DNA from: a virus
DNA: 64,000 nucleotides
Direction: 5' to 3' (one strand)
IMG/VR virus record: IMGVR_UViG_3300035698_034402
Coordinates: 20,989 to 84,988 of that record
The notes beneath the pieces were generated by a model. It ran no database searches and was not told the origin of the DNA. It saw only the letters and a program-made list of their open reading frames with translations. The position numbers and the translations under genes were made by a program. Within the stretch, counting starts at the first letter, position 1. The number at the start of each line of letters is the position of its first letter. This document shows, piece after piece, positions 9,490 through 18,551 of this stretch.

Positions 9490-10698
9490 ATGAGTTCAGG
9501 CCAAGCTCTGATCGACGAAATCGACAGCTTCTTGAAAGCTGCCGGAACGGAGAAGGCCGCTGAGGAGTCCTCGTCCGACTCAGGGCGCGTCCAGAACCAG
9601 GGCGATACCGCTACTTCGCATCCGTCGAAGTCGGTGGACGACGGCACTCAGGAGGCCCCCGAGGGGGCGCGTTCGGCGGAGAATACGTCTGATGTCAAAT
9701 CGGACGTCCCCGGGCAGCCCGTGGATTCTGCTGCGGAAGATAAAATGGAAGGTGCTTCTGAGCATCCGTTGACCACTGCTAAGCCGACGGGGGAAGACCC
9801 GGCCAATGAAACCGGCTCGGCGAGCCCTAATATCGGCGGGGAGGCAGGTAAGGATTCAACGGGTAAAGACACGACTCATCCTGCCAAAGTTGATTTCGAT
9901 GGCAAGTATGCGTCGGTTAAGGAGGCAGCGGTTTGTCTCATGCAGCAGATCAACGATTACAACGCCAAGATTGCCGCGCTGGAGGCGCCGCTTGAGAGAC
10001 AGGAGGTTGCTGCGGACCCTAAGGTCGCCGGGTACGTGGAAACTGCTTCCCCGGAAAGCAAGGTGGTCAAACCTTCGCCTGACGAGGAAGCTGGGGCCAA
10101 AGCTGCTGAAATCGCGGCGGATAAGCTGGGTTTGACTACTCCGCCGGAGAAATCGGCGGAACTGGTGAAGAACCTTGTCAAGTCCGCGATTGCCGATGCG
10201 GATCGTTACGTCGACTTCTGCGTGGGTTTGCAGGAAGGCGCGACGGAGGAGACGCAGAAGCAGGCCGCTGCTGCGCGAGTTCGCGATGCCCAGAAGCTCC
10301 ACGGACAGGTCAAGACGGCCATCGAAGACGAGATGGCAGGGGCGGACATGCTGGCCGCAGGGGGCGAAGGCGAGGCTCCCGAGGAGATGGGCGAAGGTGC
10401 GGGCGCAGGCGGCGGGGAACTCGGCATGGGCGGCGGAGAACCCGGCATGGGCGGCGACGAGATCGAACAAATTCTTGCGGTTCTGCAAGAGGCCGGAATA
10501 GATCCGGAAGAACTTGCCCAAATTCCTCCGGAGGTACTCGCAGAGGCTCTCGCAGGCCTTACTGGGGGAGCGCCTGGAGGGGGGATGCCTGAGGAGGGGA
10601 TGCCTGAGGAGGGGATGCCCCCGGAAGGAGCGCCCCCGGAGGGAATGATGCCCGCTGGTGAAGGGGCCGCAGAAATGCTTCCTGCGGCGGCTATGTAA
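9490..10698 (+). CDS. Scaffold-like acidic low-complexity head protein
   Basis: Strong RBS (aaggag); acidic, Pro/Gly-rich; 11 K-x-A motifs; GMPEE repeats; lies between protease and capsid genes. Confidence 0.6.
   Translation: MSSGQALIDEIDSFLKAAGTEKAAEESSSDSGRVQNQGDTATSHPSKSVDDGTQEAPEGARSAENTSDVKSDVPGQPVDSAAEDKMEGASEHPLTTAKPTGEDPANETGSASPNIGGEAGKDSTGKDTTHPAKVDFDGKYASVKEAAVCLMQQINDYNAKIAALEAPLERQEVAADPKVAGYVETASPESKVVKPSPDEEAGAKAAEIAADKLGLTTPPEKSAELVKNLVKSAIADADRYVDFCVGLQEGATEETQKQAAAARVRDAQKLHGQVKTAIEDEMAGADMLAAGGEGEAPEEMGEGAGAGGGELGMGGGEPGMGGDEIEQILAVLQEAGIDPEELAQIPPEVLAEALAGLTGGAPGGGMPEEGMPEEGMPPEGAPPEGMMPAGEGAAEMLPAAAM
10582..10650 (+). repeat. 15-bp in-frame repeat (gggatgcctgaggag; GMPEE)
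   Basis: Two near-exact and several degenerate copies at the 3' end of the scaffold-like gene. Confidence 0.6.
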
Positions 10699-10710
10699 GG
10701 AGATTGGACA

Positions 10711-11082
10711 ATGAGTAAGACAGTACAGATTCCTGTCGACCTGCTGCGCCAGAGTGTGCAGATCGGGGCCGAGGCCGCCGCGTTGTGCGAGAAAGTGGCA
10801 GCGGACCATACTGCCGTCGAGACCAAGGCCCCGCTGGTAGCGGACACCTTGATCGCGAACGGCTTGGTCGATGAATTGGACAAGCAAGCTACGGTCGATC
10901 TATTGCGGGATCCGACGAAAACGCTGGACGTTATCGCCAGCTTGGCCAAACAGGCGAAGCCGCGGACGATGGGTACGGCGACTACGGAGAAGCTGGCAAG
11001 CGAGGATTACAGCCCTCAATTTCCGGCGCCCCGGGAGTCCGATCGTGTGTTCGAGGACAAACTGCTCGGTGTGACGCCGTAG
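10711..11082 (+). CDS. Small head-module protein
   Basis: RBS present; K-x-A motifs (EKVA, DKQA, AKQA, EKLA). Confidence 0.65.
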   Translation: MSKTVQIPVDLLRQSVQIGAEAAALCEKVAADHTAVETKAPLVADTLIANGLVDELDKQATVDLLRDPTKTLDVIASLAKQAKPRTMGTATTEKLASEDYSPQFPAPRESDRVFEDKLLGVTP

Positions 11083-11129
11083 CATTGGACTAGAAGCTCT
11101 TTGCGGCTTCGACTTTAGCGAGGAAAATC

Positions 11130-11690
11130 ATGCCTGGTACATTTAATGCATACGGGCAGATGTTCGATCACGAACTCAACCCGCGGAAGGGCTGGTCCGG
11201 GGATCGCGGCATGTGCTTGGAGAAGACGCTGGGGATTGACGCGGACTTGGACAACAACGTTAACGCTGGCGCGGTAGTTCATATCAGCGCGGCTGGTGTG
11301 TTCAAGTTGGGGATAGACACGACTTTGAGCACGGCTACAGTAGCTTGTGTCCCCCTGTTTGCGTTCCAGAACGAGACCGACTTCGATGTAAACTCCGATC
11401 TGGGCAACATCGCAGGCGGGGTGCTCATGGCCTTGTGCTCGCTTGGTCCGTTCGAGTTGGAAAGCACCGAGGTGGCGGATGACCAGACGTTTGCTTACGG
11501 GTCTTACCTGACTAGCGATGATGGCAGCGGCACCGCAGGGACCGGCGCGATTCAGACCGGCACTTTGGCCACCGACATCATCTGCGGAATCGTCAGTGAG
11601 GTCGGCACTAACGCCGACGGAACTTTTGAGAATGAGCACGGCCAGAATGTCGTGCGCTTCTGGACCTATTTCGCTTCGGAGCACATCTAG
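11130..11690 (+). CDS. Putative capsid decoration/cement protein
   Basis: 186-aa beta-rich protein immediately upstream of the major capsid gene; RBS gagg. Confidence 0.55.
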   Translation: MPGTFNAYGQMFDHELNPRKGWSGDRGMCLEKTLGIDADLDNNVNAGAVVHISAAGVFKLGIDTTLSTATVACVPLFAFQNETDFDVNSDLGNIAGGVLMALCSLGPFELESTEVADDQTFAYGSYLTSDDGSGTAGTGAIQTGTLATDIICGIVSEVGTNADGTFENEHGQNVVRFWTYFASEHI

Positions 11691-11738
11691 CCTGTGGTTG
11701 GATGAGTTTTAGAGGCGCGCACAGAAAGAGGTGCAATA

Positions 11739-12677
11739 ATGCCTATTACCACGGACCCTACGGCTCGTATTACCGGCGCTCAGTTCTGGGATCATCTTTC
11801 CAGTGACAATCCACAGATTGTCAAGAACGCCGAGGACGCGGTTAACGCCTTTATCCGGGTGAAGATGCGCGAAGACGGTTTTACCCGGAAGATCATTCCC
11901 CCTCTTCCACTATCCAACGATGATCTGGATCGGCAGGTCGATACCGACAAGCCGGTCATCGTGCTGGATAAGGAGCCGAATTCTCCGGCTGCGGCCAGCG
12001 TGCCGTATGCGACTCAGCCGTTTGCGCGGTACATCAAGGCGCCGCGTTATCGGGTGATGTTCGACCGGATTGTCACTCCTAAGTTCATGAAGGACGTCGG
12101 CGAGCTGCGGACGTACGACATGGATATCCGGCAGATCCTGAGCGACAACGCCGTGAAGGACATGCTGGCGGAGGAGGACGGTAAGTTCATCGCGACGGTG
12201 AACACCTTGCTGGGGGCAGTTGATGTAGCTGTGCCCGAGACCGGCGTGGCGCAGTACCAGACGATTGCTGGCGGGATCACGCGTGATTCGGTCAACGATG
12301 CGCTGATGATCCTTCCAGGGACGCCTGCCCATTTGGAGGCGGCCACGGTCCTGGTGAACAATATCACCATCAAGAACGTGCAGAAGTGGGGCTATGACGA
12401 GATCGGCGGAGAACTGTCGGAGGAGATCCTGCGACAAGGTTTCGCCGAGCGCAACCTGCTGAATGCACGCTGGATCGTCACTATCAAGACGCGTCTGGTC
12501 GCCAATAACCAGATGTACTTTTTCGCAGAACCAAAATTTTTAGGCAAATTTTTTGTTCTCGAAGATACGACGATGCATATTAAACGCGAAGCGTTCATGT
12601 TGGAATTTTTCGCGTACGAAAGCATTGGGGCGGCTATTGCGAATGTGGCGGGCATTGGCCGCGCGGTCTACGTCTAG
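11739..12677 (+). CDS. Major capsid protein (HK97 fold)
   Basis: 312 aa; MREDGFTRKIIPP, YDMDIRQ, LAEEDGKFI, FFAEPKFLG...FFAYESIGAAIAN pattern; RBS gaggtg; follows protease, scaffold and decoration genes. Confidence 0.75.
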   Translation: MPITTDPTARITGAQFWDHLSSDNPQIVKNAEDAVNAFIRVKMREDGFTRKIIPPLPLSNDDLDRQVDTDKPVIVLDKEPNSPAAASVPYATQPFARYIKAPRYRVMFDRIVTPKFMKDVGELRTYDMDIRQILSDNAVKDMLAEEDGKFIATVNTLLGAVDVAVPETGVAQYQTIAGGITRDSVNDALMILPGTPAHLEAATVLVNNITIKNVQKWGYDEIGGELSEEILRQGFAERNLLNARWIVTIKTRLVANNQMYFFAEPKFLGKFFVLEDTTMHIKREAFMLEFFAYESIGAAIANVAGIGRAVYV

Positions 12678-12689
12678 TCGAGAACTCGT

Positions 12690-12739
12690 GGGGCTGTGGC
12701 GCAGTTGCTGTAGTTGCAGTAACTGTGCCTCAGCTTCCC
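12690..12739 (+). terminator. Long intergenic stem-loop after the capsid gene (terminator or mRNA stabiliser)
   Basis: ggggctgtggcgcagttgctg...cagtaactgtgcctcagcttcc is self-complementary with G-U pairs; no clear U-tract. Confidence 0.5.
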
Positions 12740-12755
12740 GCTAGGAGAAATATTC

Positions 12756-13121
12756 ATGGATGCTGCGCAAATGGAAAAGGCAGGCGAGCTGTTGTTTGAC
12801 CAGGTCTACGTCCCGACCTTCATGAAACAGTGCGCGGCCCGCGGGGTTGGATTCAATAGTTCGGACGAACTGGCCGTGGCTTTAGAAAGCACGCTGATGC
12901 TTAAACAGGAGGAGGCAACGGAGCAGGCCGACAACAACGGCGAGTTGCATAAGACTGCCAATGTAGCCATTCGGCAGCTCCTCGGCGAAGACGTTGCTGC
13001 TACGGAGAAGGCGGCTGCCGAGACTCGGCAGCTTACCGAGGCAGGCGCCGAGCTAAAGGGCAATACCGAAGTCAAGAAAGCTGCTGAGCTGCTCGCGAGT
13101 TTGTCGAACGAAACTGCGTAG
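12756..13121 (+). CDS. Small head-module protein
   Basis: RBS aggag; K-x-A motifs (HKTA, EKAA, KKAA). Confidence 0.65.
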   Translation: MDAAQMEKAGELLFDQVYVPTFMKQCAARGVGFNSSDELAVALESTLMLKQEEATEQADNNGELHKTANVAIRQLLGEDVAATEKAAAETRQLTEAGAELKGNTEVKKAAELLASLSNETA

Positions 13122-13136
13122 CGAGGAGGGGGCGCC

Positions 13137-13664
13137 ATGCATCCGGGAACGGCGGTAGGCTACGGTAAGAAGGCCCAGGACTGGTCGTATCTGACGCCCA
13201 AGAATGCGTTATACGTCCAGACTGGGAATATCACCGATCCTACGGATATCCCCGATCTTGCGATTGTCGACACGACGGTGACTCGCAAGGGCGATCCGAT
13301 TGATCGAGCGCGCCAACAGACGCTAGTGATCTACGCCGTGCCTCTAACAGGGGTAACGTTGTCGAAGACTGCGACTTTGCAGCTTTGGATCGAGGTCGAT
13401 TGGAATACAGAGCAATGTTCAAATATCGGCAATCTTTCGTCTTCTTCGGACTGGGAGTGTCCGGCTTACGGACAACCGGAAGATCTTGATGAAGCGGATC
13501 ATTGGGCAGTTATCGGGGCGGCGGTACACGACGACAATAACTCGGACGGGGCTTTGTGTTTCTCGTTCCCCTGGTTGCCCGCAGGTAGATACAAGGCAGC
13601 AATGTCCGATGGCATCAGCGGCGGAACTACCAAAGTGCTAATCATTGAGCAGCATACAGAATAG
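13137..13664 (+). CDS. Hypothetical virion protein with Cys-flanked Ser tract
   Basis: RBS gaggag; beta-rich; QCSNIGNLSSSSDWECP. Confidence 0.6.
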   Translation: MHPGTAVGYGKKAQDWSYLTPKNALYVQTGNITDPTDIPDLAIVDTTVTRKGDPIDRARQQTLVIYAVPLTGVTLSKTATLQLWIEVDWNTEQCSNIGNLSSSSDWECPAYGQPEDLDEADHWAVIGAAVHDDNNSDGALCFSFPWLPAGRYKAAMSDGISGGTTKVLIIEQHTE

Positions 13665-13676
13665 GAGTAGCAAGTC

Positions 13677-14186
13677 ATGGCTTCCTATGCGGGGTGCGCA
13701 GACACCGTAATTGAAAATGTTAGCGGCGGCACGATCTCCCGTTTGTCGCTTTTTAGCCAGAGTAATCTTGTTGACGGCGCAAGATTTACGATACCGGGCA
13801 ATGTGTGGTCCTGGTTAGTTGGTAAATTTCCAGGCATCAAAGGACGCCGAGTAATACAGATATTCAGAGATCTTCTGGATCAGCAGGTTCTGTCGCTCGT
13901 ATCGTGTCCGGAATGCCCTTGTGGCCATCAGCAGTCTTCGTCGTCTTCGTCGAATGCTGGTACTGCGGCAGCGGAGCAGTCTTCGTCTTCGTTGGATGCT
14001 GGTACTGCGGCAGTGGAGCAGTCTTCGTCGTCTTCGTCGGATGCTGGTACTGCGGCAGTGGAGCAGTCTTCGTCGTCTTCGTCGAATGTTGGTACTGCGG
14101 CAGCGGAGCAGTCTTCGTCGTCTTCGTCGAATGTTGGTACTGCGGCAGCGGAGCAGTCTTCGTCGTCTTCGTCGAATGCTGGTTAA
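13677..14186 (+). CDS. Virion protein paralog A with a poly-Ser repeat tail
   Basis: RBS aggag; N-domain, then CPECPC, then tandem AGTAAAEQSSSSSSN units. Confidence 0.7.
   Translation: MASYAGCADTVIENVSGGTISRLSLFSQSNLVDGARFTIPGNVWSWLVGKFPGIKGRRVIQIFRDLLDQQVLSLVSCPECPCGHQQSSSSSSNAGTAAAEQSSSSLDAGTAAVEQSSSSSSDAGTAAVEQSSSSSSNVGTAAAEQSSSSSSNVGTAAAEQSSSSSSNAG
13931..14183 (+). repeat. 45-bp tandem repeat (about 5.5 units) encoding AGTAA(A/V)EQSSSSSS(N/D)
   Basis: Unit gctggtactgcggcagcggagcagtcttcgtcgtcttcgtcgaat, near-identical; one 42-bp variant. Confidence 0.9.
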
Positions 14187-14225
14187 ATTCCGCTGGACGC
14201 GGTGGGTAAGCAGGAGTAATAGATT

Positions 14226-14567
14226 ATGGCTTTATACACAGGGTGTGCGGACACCGTAATTGAAAATGTTAGCGGCGGCACGATCTCCCGTTTGTCGCTT
14301 TTTAATAAAAGCAATCTTGTCGACGGGGCGAGGTTCACGATACCGGGCGATGTCTGGGCCTGGCTGACGGGCAGCTTTCCAGGTATCAAAGGGCTTCGGA
14401 TGATTAAGACGTTCCGTGATCTTATGGATCAGCAGGTTCTGTCGCTCGTATCGTGTCCGGAATGCCCTTGTGGCCATCAGCAGTCTTCGTCGTCTTCGTC
14501 GAATGCTGGTACTGCGGCAGCGGAGCAGTCTTCGTCTTCGGTTGCGGGATCGTCTTCGTCGGCGTAG
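14226..14567 (+). CDS. Virion protein paralog B (tandem duplicate of 13677-14186)
   Basis: Colinear with paralog A at +549 nt; shorter Ser-repeat tail. Confidence 0.7.
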   Translation: MALYTGCADTVIENVSGGTISRLSLFNKSNLVDGARFTIPGDVWAWLTGSFPGIKGLRMIKTFRDLMDQQVLSLVSCPECPCGHQQSSSSSSNAGTAAAEQSSSSVAGSSSSA

Positions 14568-14619
14568 CGCGCGCTATTTAAGGCGCAGTTTTGCAGCGTC
14601 GGTAGCGCGAGACAATGGT

Positions 14620-14670
14620 GTGATTCCCTACGGGCGCGGCGCTCGCTCAGAGCCCGTGCCCGTGTTGTTT
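14620..14670 (+). terminator. GC-rich hairpin with T-rich tail
   Basis: acgggcgcggcgctc-gctca-gagcccgtgcccgt followed by gttgttt. Confidence 0.45.
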
Positions 14671-14682
14671 AGAAGTGGCACT

Positions 14683-15042
14683 ATGGCTGATTTAGCTCGT
14701 TCTCACGGCGTGGATTACACGGTCGTTAAGAACCTGACCGGCGAAGCGCAGTTTCTGCCCTGGTTCCCTGGCACACAATCAGGCAGTTGGGGGCGAGAGC
14801 TGGAGCCGCATGCCAAGGTTCGCTTCTCCGGCAATCTGTTTGAGGCCCTCTCGGGGTTTCCCGATAAAAAGTCCAGCCTGGAGAATGATGCTCGGACCGG
14901 CAAAGTGGCCCTAGCGATCTGCGGTACGGCAGATCCTGACGCTTACGATGCGTTGACTCTTCAAGCTACGCCGGGTTTCGCCTGGTACGGTTGCTTGGAC
15001 TGGCATTACGAGTCTTCGTCCTCGGCCTGGGTAGTGGAGTAG
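14683..15042 (+). CDS. Distant third paralog of the 13677/14226 family
   Basis: ATG at 14683; TVVKNLTG matches TVIENVSG, VRFSGNLF matches FTIPGNVW; ends CLDWHYESSSSAWVVE. Confidence 0.55.
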   Translation: MADLARSHGVDYTVVKNLTGEAQFLPWFPGTQSGSWGRELEPHAKVRFSGNLFEALSGFPDKKSSLENDARTGKVALAICGTADPDAYDALTLQATPGFAWYGCLDWHYESSSSAWVVE

Positions 15043-15046
15043 CTTA

Positions 15047-15955
15047 ATGCCTTTTGATGAAAGCGCCTATCGCAGAATACGTTGCACCGCAGGTACGCCG
15101 GTTCATCGTATGTCCCAGGGTCAGCAGGAGACCTTTACGCTAACTATCCGAGACGAGCAGGGCGACGCGGTCGATCTCAACCAGTTTCGTGAACCTGTTT
15201 CGACTTACTCAGCCACTGCCCCCGTGTGGATGTCCTCCTCATCCTTGGCGCAGACCGAGCTGTTGTCTTCGTCGGTGAGTCAATTCCTGGAGGTTCGGCT
15301 AGCGGCCAGCGCCTGCTTGCAGTCGTCTACGACGGAATTTGAGATCGACGGCACGATTATCGACGCGGAGCTGGGGGAGGTTGAGTTTACGATCACCCCG
15401 ACTGAATCGTCCAGCCCGGGCATTTTTGTAGCCTCAGTGGGGGTCTTCTGGGGCGATATTCTTCGCTTTCAACAGATGATCTATTTCGAGTTCATGCCTA
15501 CCACTTTTACGTTGTCCACCGGCGGGCCAATTACGGTGCCGGAAGTGCGTATGGACTTGATGGACGTGTGCCCGGACGCTAATTACCTGCTCGACGAGTT
15601 GGAGTTCACGGATGCCGAGATTATCCACGCCATGCGCAAAGCGGTGGATGTTTTCAACGAGACTCCGCCGCGCGTGGTGGGTTACACCGCGGAGACGTTT
15701 CCTTTCCGCGTAGTGTGGTTGGGCGCAACAGCCGGGTACCTGTTGCGTATGGTGGCCCATCGCTACCGGCGTAACGCGTTACGCTACTCGGCAGCCGGGG
15801 TGACCGTCGCGGATCAGGAGCGTTATGCCGAATACGAGAAGATCTCGAAAGAGGCCATTGAGAAATTTGAGGAGTGGGCACAAACAATCCAGGTGTCCTT
15901 TAACATTAGCCGAGGTTACGGATCGATTGCTCCGTCGCCGTATCGGCGGGGGTAG
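15047..15955 (+). CDS. Putative head-tail adaptor/neck protein with N-terminal BppU/Ig-like domain
   Basis: N-domain FTLTIRDEQGDAVDL...IIDAELGEVEFTIT; C-domain NYLLDELEFTDAEI...RYSAAGVTV typical of large-phage neck proteins; synteny. Confidence 0.55.
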   Translation: MPFDESAYRRIRCTAGTPVHRMSQGQQETFTLTIRDEQGDAVDLNQFREPVSTYSATAPVWMSSSSLAQTELLSSSVSQFLEVRLAASACLQSSTTEFEIDGTIIDAELGEVEFTITPTESSSPGIFVASVGVFWGDILRFQQMIYFEFMPTTFTLSTGGPITVPEVRMDLMDVCPDANYLLDELEFTDAEIIHAMRKAVDVFNETPPRVVGYTAETFPFRVVWLGATAGYLLRMVAHRYRRNALRYSAAGVTVADQERYAEYEKISKEAIEKFEEWAQTIQVSFNISRGYGSIAPSPYRRG

Positions 15956-15973
15956 TGCGGAGGGTAGTTTCTG

Positions 15974-16300
15974 ATGCCTGAAGTGACGAAGAAATGCGTG
16001 GTGAAGGAAGGCAACGGGGTGGCAGCCAAAATAGCTATGGCCCTGATAGGCATTCTGGCGACGATTGCTATTGCTCTTGCCGGGTTTGCTTTGAAGTGGC
16101 AGTTCGACGCTAACGCACGGATTGAAGTGATGTCCAAGGTAGTCACTGATTTGGTGGACGATACTGCAGAAGACACCCGGCAGAGCAAGAAGCTCCAACA
16201 GCACTGGAAGCTGCATAGCTGGGCGCGGGACCGTATTACTGAACTGCGCGCCTTACACAAGCTACCGGTGGAGCCCTGGCCGGATCTGGGGGGCGATTAA
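15974..16300 (+). CDS. Small single-pass membrane protein
   Basis: Hydrophobic stretch IAMALIGILATIAIALAGFAL followed by a coiled-coil-like region. Confidence 0.55.
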   Translation: MPEVTKKCVVKEGNGVAAKIAMALIGILATIAIALAGFALKWQFDANARIEVMSKVVTDLVDDTAEDTRQSKKLQQHWKLHSWARDRITELRALHKLPVEPWPDLGGD

Positions 16301-16786
16301 ATGGCGAAGGGACCATCTCAGCTGGAATGCCTCTCCGATCAGCTGCACAAGCTCTGGATGGGATGGGCTAAAGCCGTCCAGGGCGAGGTATCGCCCGTTC
16401 GGGCCAAGCGCTGGAAGAAGTTGTTTGTTGCCTACGACAAACTGCCAGAAGTGGAAAAGGATAAAGATCGTAAGCTCGCTCGGCGCGTTCAGAAAGTAGT
16501 TAAGCTGGGCGCTGAGCAGCCAGGAGATGTTTCGATGCAGAAAGATAGTTTCGCTCGTGAACTGGGCCGGGCGTTGGCCAAGACCGCGCTTGATCGCCCG
16601 CGTCGAAGAATGGATCCGGGCGATCCGACTTGTTTGGAAGATCCGGAAGCGGCTCGAAAACGCCGGGCGCAGGCTGCGGTGCATCGGGCGGCGAGGGCGG
16701 CTGCTCGGGAAGAACGGCAGCAATCCAGTCCTTTGAATCAGAAGTCGGAGGCGCGAGAAGCCAGACGAACTAAGCTGCGCGAATAA
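16301..16786 (+). CDS. Basic protein with RyR-like domain
   Basis: LHKLWMGW...LFVAYDKLPEVEKDKDRKLA matches the RyR-domain pattern H..W...LVPY..L.E.EK.KDR; Arg-rich tail. Confidence 0.5.
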   Translation: MAKGPSQLECLSDQLHKLWMGWAKAVQGEVSPVRAKRWKKLFVAYDKLPEVEKDKDRKLARRVQKVVKLGAEQPGDVSMQKDSFARELGRALAKTALDRPRRRMDPGDPTCLEDPEAARKRRAQAAVHRAARAAAREERQQSSPLNQKSEAREARRTKLRE

Positions 16787-17643
16787 TGCCCTACGAGCAC
16801 GGTATAACCCGCAATCCCTTACCGGTAGTAACCCATAGCCGGGTCTTTGATCGTGTCGTGGTTACTCCGGAGATCCGCGGTGGCACCGTAGTTAGTTTCT
16901 GGCTGGATTTGGAGCGGTTCGACGCTGACGGCCCGTATACGTTTTACTTGGAGTGGGCGGAGCATCCCGACGGCGATTTCATTGGAGTTGCGGGTCCGAC
17001 TACTGGTACGGTGCTTGTGGACGTTGATCAGCGGCGTTTCAGCAAGCTGCCTCATAGCGTCTACCGTATCCGTCTGGAGACGCCCGGCGGTCTCTATTAC
17101 AGCGACGCCCATTTGGGGACCGGAAATCTTAATCGTCACCAGTGGCATCTCGCCCGGGAGATCGTCCGCCGGGAATATCTGCGCCTGGAACGTTTCGTAG
17201 GGACTCAAGGAAAATACCTGGCGCGGAAGCAATGGGGAGCCTGGTGTACCGAATGCCTGGATCACAACACGGGCATGCCCACCAACGACCATTGTCCTGT
17301 TTGCTACGGAACCGGCTTCGTTGGCGGGTACTACAGCGCTTCGGACCTCTGGCTAGGCGAGGACCGTGCAGCGGTGCGGGCGCAGCGAGGGGGCGCTGTC
17401 GGGGTGACGGCAGACCAGACTCAGCAGGCTCGGGCGGTAGCGTGCCCGTTCTTGACGGCCAAGGACGTATGGGTCAACTCCGGCACCGGAGAACGCTGGG
17501 TCATTCAGGGCAAGCAGGAATTGGCCGCGTTACAAGGTGTGCCTCTAGTGTATAACGTGGAACTACGGCTCGCCGAGCCTGGGAGCGTAGTTTACGAGGT
17601 GCCGCTGGCGGCTGCGGCAGAATCTAGTTCTGCAGGGTATTGA
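16786..17643 (+). CDS. Putative head-closure/neck protein with Zn-finger
   Basis: CTEC...HCPVCYGTGFVGGY; N-terminal FN3-like domain; lies between adaptor and tail genes. Confidence 0.6.
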   Translation: MPYEHGITRNPLPVVTHSRVFDRVVVTPEIRGGTVVSFWLDLERFDADGPYTFYLEWAEHPDGDFIGVAGPTTGTVLVDVDQRRFSKLPHSVYRIRLETPGGLYYSDAHLGTGNLNRHQWHLAREIVRREYLRLERFVGTQGKYLARKQWGAWCTECLDHNTGMPTNDHCPVCYGTGFVGGYYSASDLWLGEDRAAVRAQRGGAVGVTADQTQQARAVACPFLTAKDVWVNSGTGERWVIQGKQELAALQGVPLVYNVELRLAEPGSVVYEVPLAAAAESSSAGY

Positions 17644-17644
17644 T

Positions 17645-17887
17645 ATGCCGAGTGCTTGGGGAGTACGGCGCAACGATGAACGTATCGGCCCGGTTCGTAA
17701 GCCTGAACCGGTAGCGCCGCTGAAGACTTCTGAACGTATTGCCGGGGAATTACGCAGTATGGAAAGTGCGATCGAGGAGGCACGGACCCGGGGGGCTCTC
17801 CGGGCAGCGGAGGACATGCTTCCGCAGATCTCCTTGACTCGTTATACGCCCCCGGAGGACGCGATCGAGCAGGCTTTGCGAGGCTGA
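17645..17887 (+). CDS. Hypothetical protein
   Basis: 80-aa ORF filling the gap exactly between two genes. Confidence 0.5.
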   Translation: MPSAWGVRRNDERIGPVRKPEPVAPLKTSERIAGELRSMESAIEEARTRGALRAAEDMLPQISLTRYTPPEDAIEQALRG

Positions 17888-17888
17888 A

Positions 17889-18539
17889 ATGGCGACTGAA
17901 CCTTACAACGTGGACAAGGAAATCAGCAGCCTGTGCTCTACGGGCCTGCGTCCCCATATTTTGACAGGGGTAGTTTTGCGCTTACTAACCAGGCACTTTG
18001 CTTCCGAACGCGGAATCCAGGAGCCTCAGCTCAAAAGCTATATTTGGGACCCCGATCCTCGGGCAAGTAAAATCTTAATTGCGCCAGTGTGGCAGTGGTT
18101 GACGCCTGGTCAGCAGAAGCGCCCGGCCGCGGTGATCAAACGTAACGCATTACGTCCGCGGCAATTGGCCCTTGGTGACGGGCAGACCTTGGTCAGCGAC
18201 CTTAGCGAAGAACGGATTCCGGCGGACGGAGCGGTTTCTTCGCAAATTGCGATGGCGGGCAGTCATACGATATTTGCCATCGGCGCGGCGGCGGCACAAG
18301 CTGAATTGCTGGGTACCGAGATCTCGACGAGATTATTGCAGTACCAACAGGCGATTCAGAGGGAGTTTGGATTCAATCGGTTTCGGGTCGCGGAGATCGG
18401 CGCTTTGGCCAAACTGGAAGAGGCTGATGAAACTTTCGTCGTACCCGTAACGGTTGCTTACACGTATGTCGATGCCTGGCAGATCTGGGCAGCGGCGCCG
18501 TTCCTTAAGCGGCTCACCGTGGAAGCGAACGTGACATAG
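17889..18539 (+). CDS. Putative tail terminator/completion protein
   Basis: QKRPAAVIKRN...AQAELLGTEI...FVVPVTVAY; immediately upstream of the sheath gene. Confidence 0.55.
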   Translation: MATEPYNVDKEISSLCSTGLRPHILTGVVLRLLTRHFASERGIQEPQLKSYIWDPDPRASKILIAPVWQWLTPGQQKRPAAVIKRNALRPRQLALGDGQTLVSDLSEERIPADGAVSSQIAMAGSHTIFAIGAAAAQAELLGTEISTRLLQYQQAIQREFGFNRFRVAEIGALAKLEEADETFVVPVTVAYTYVDAWQIWAAAPFLKRLTVEANVT

Positions 18540-18551
18540 AAGGATAAACTG

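Noticed and set aside
13931-14183. 45-bp repeats as a CRISPR array
   Set aside because: Units are contiguous with no unique spacers, stay in frame within a gene with a good RBS, and no cas genes are present.
13904-14259. Alternative-frame repeat ORFs (VFVVFVECWYCGSGA; SSLRRLRRMLVLRQ)
   Set aside because: They are by-products of the 45-bp repeat lacking stops, have no RBS, and the Ser frame continues the paralog-supported gene.
13677-14567. Duplicated genes as a DGR template/variable repeat pair
   Set aside because: Differences are not adenine-specific, many are synonymous, and no reverse transcriptase is in the window.
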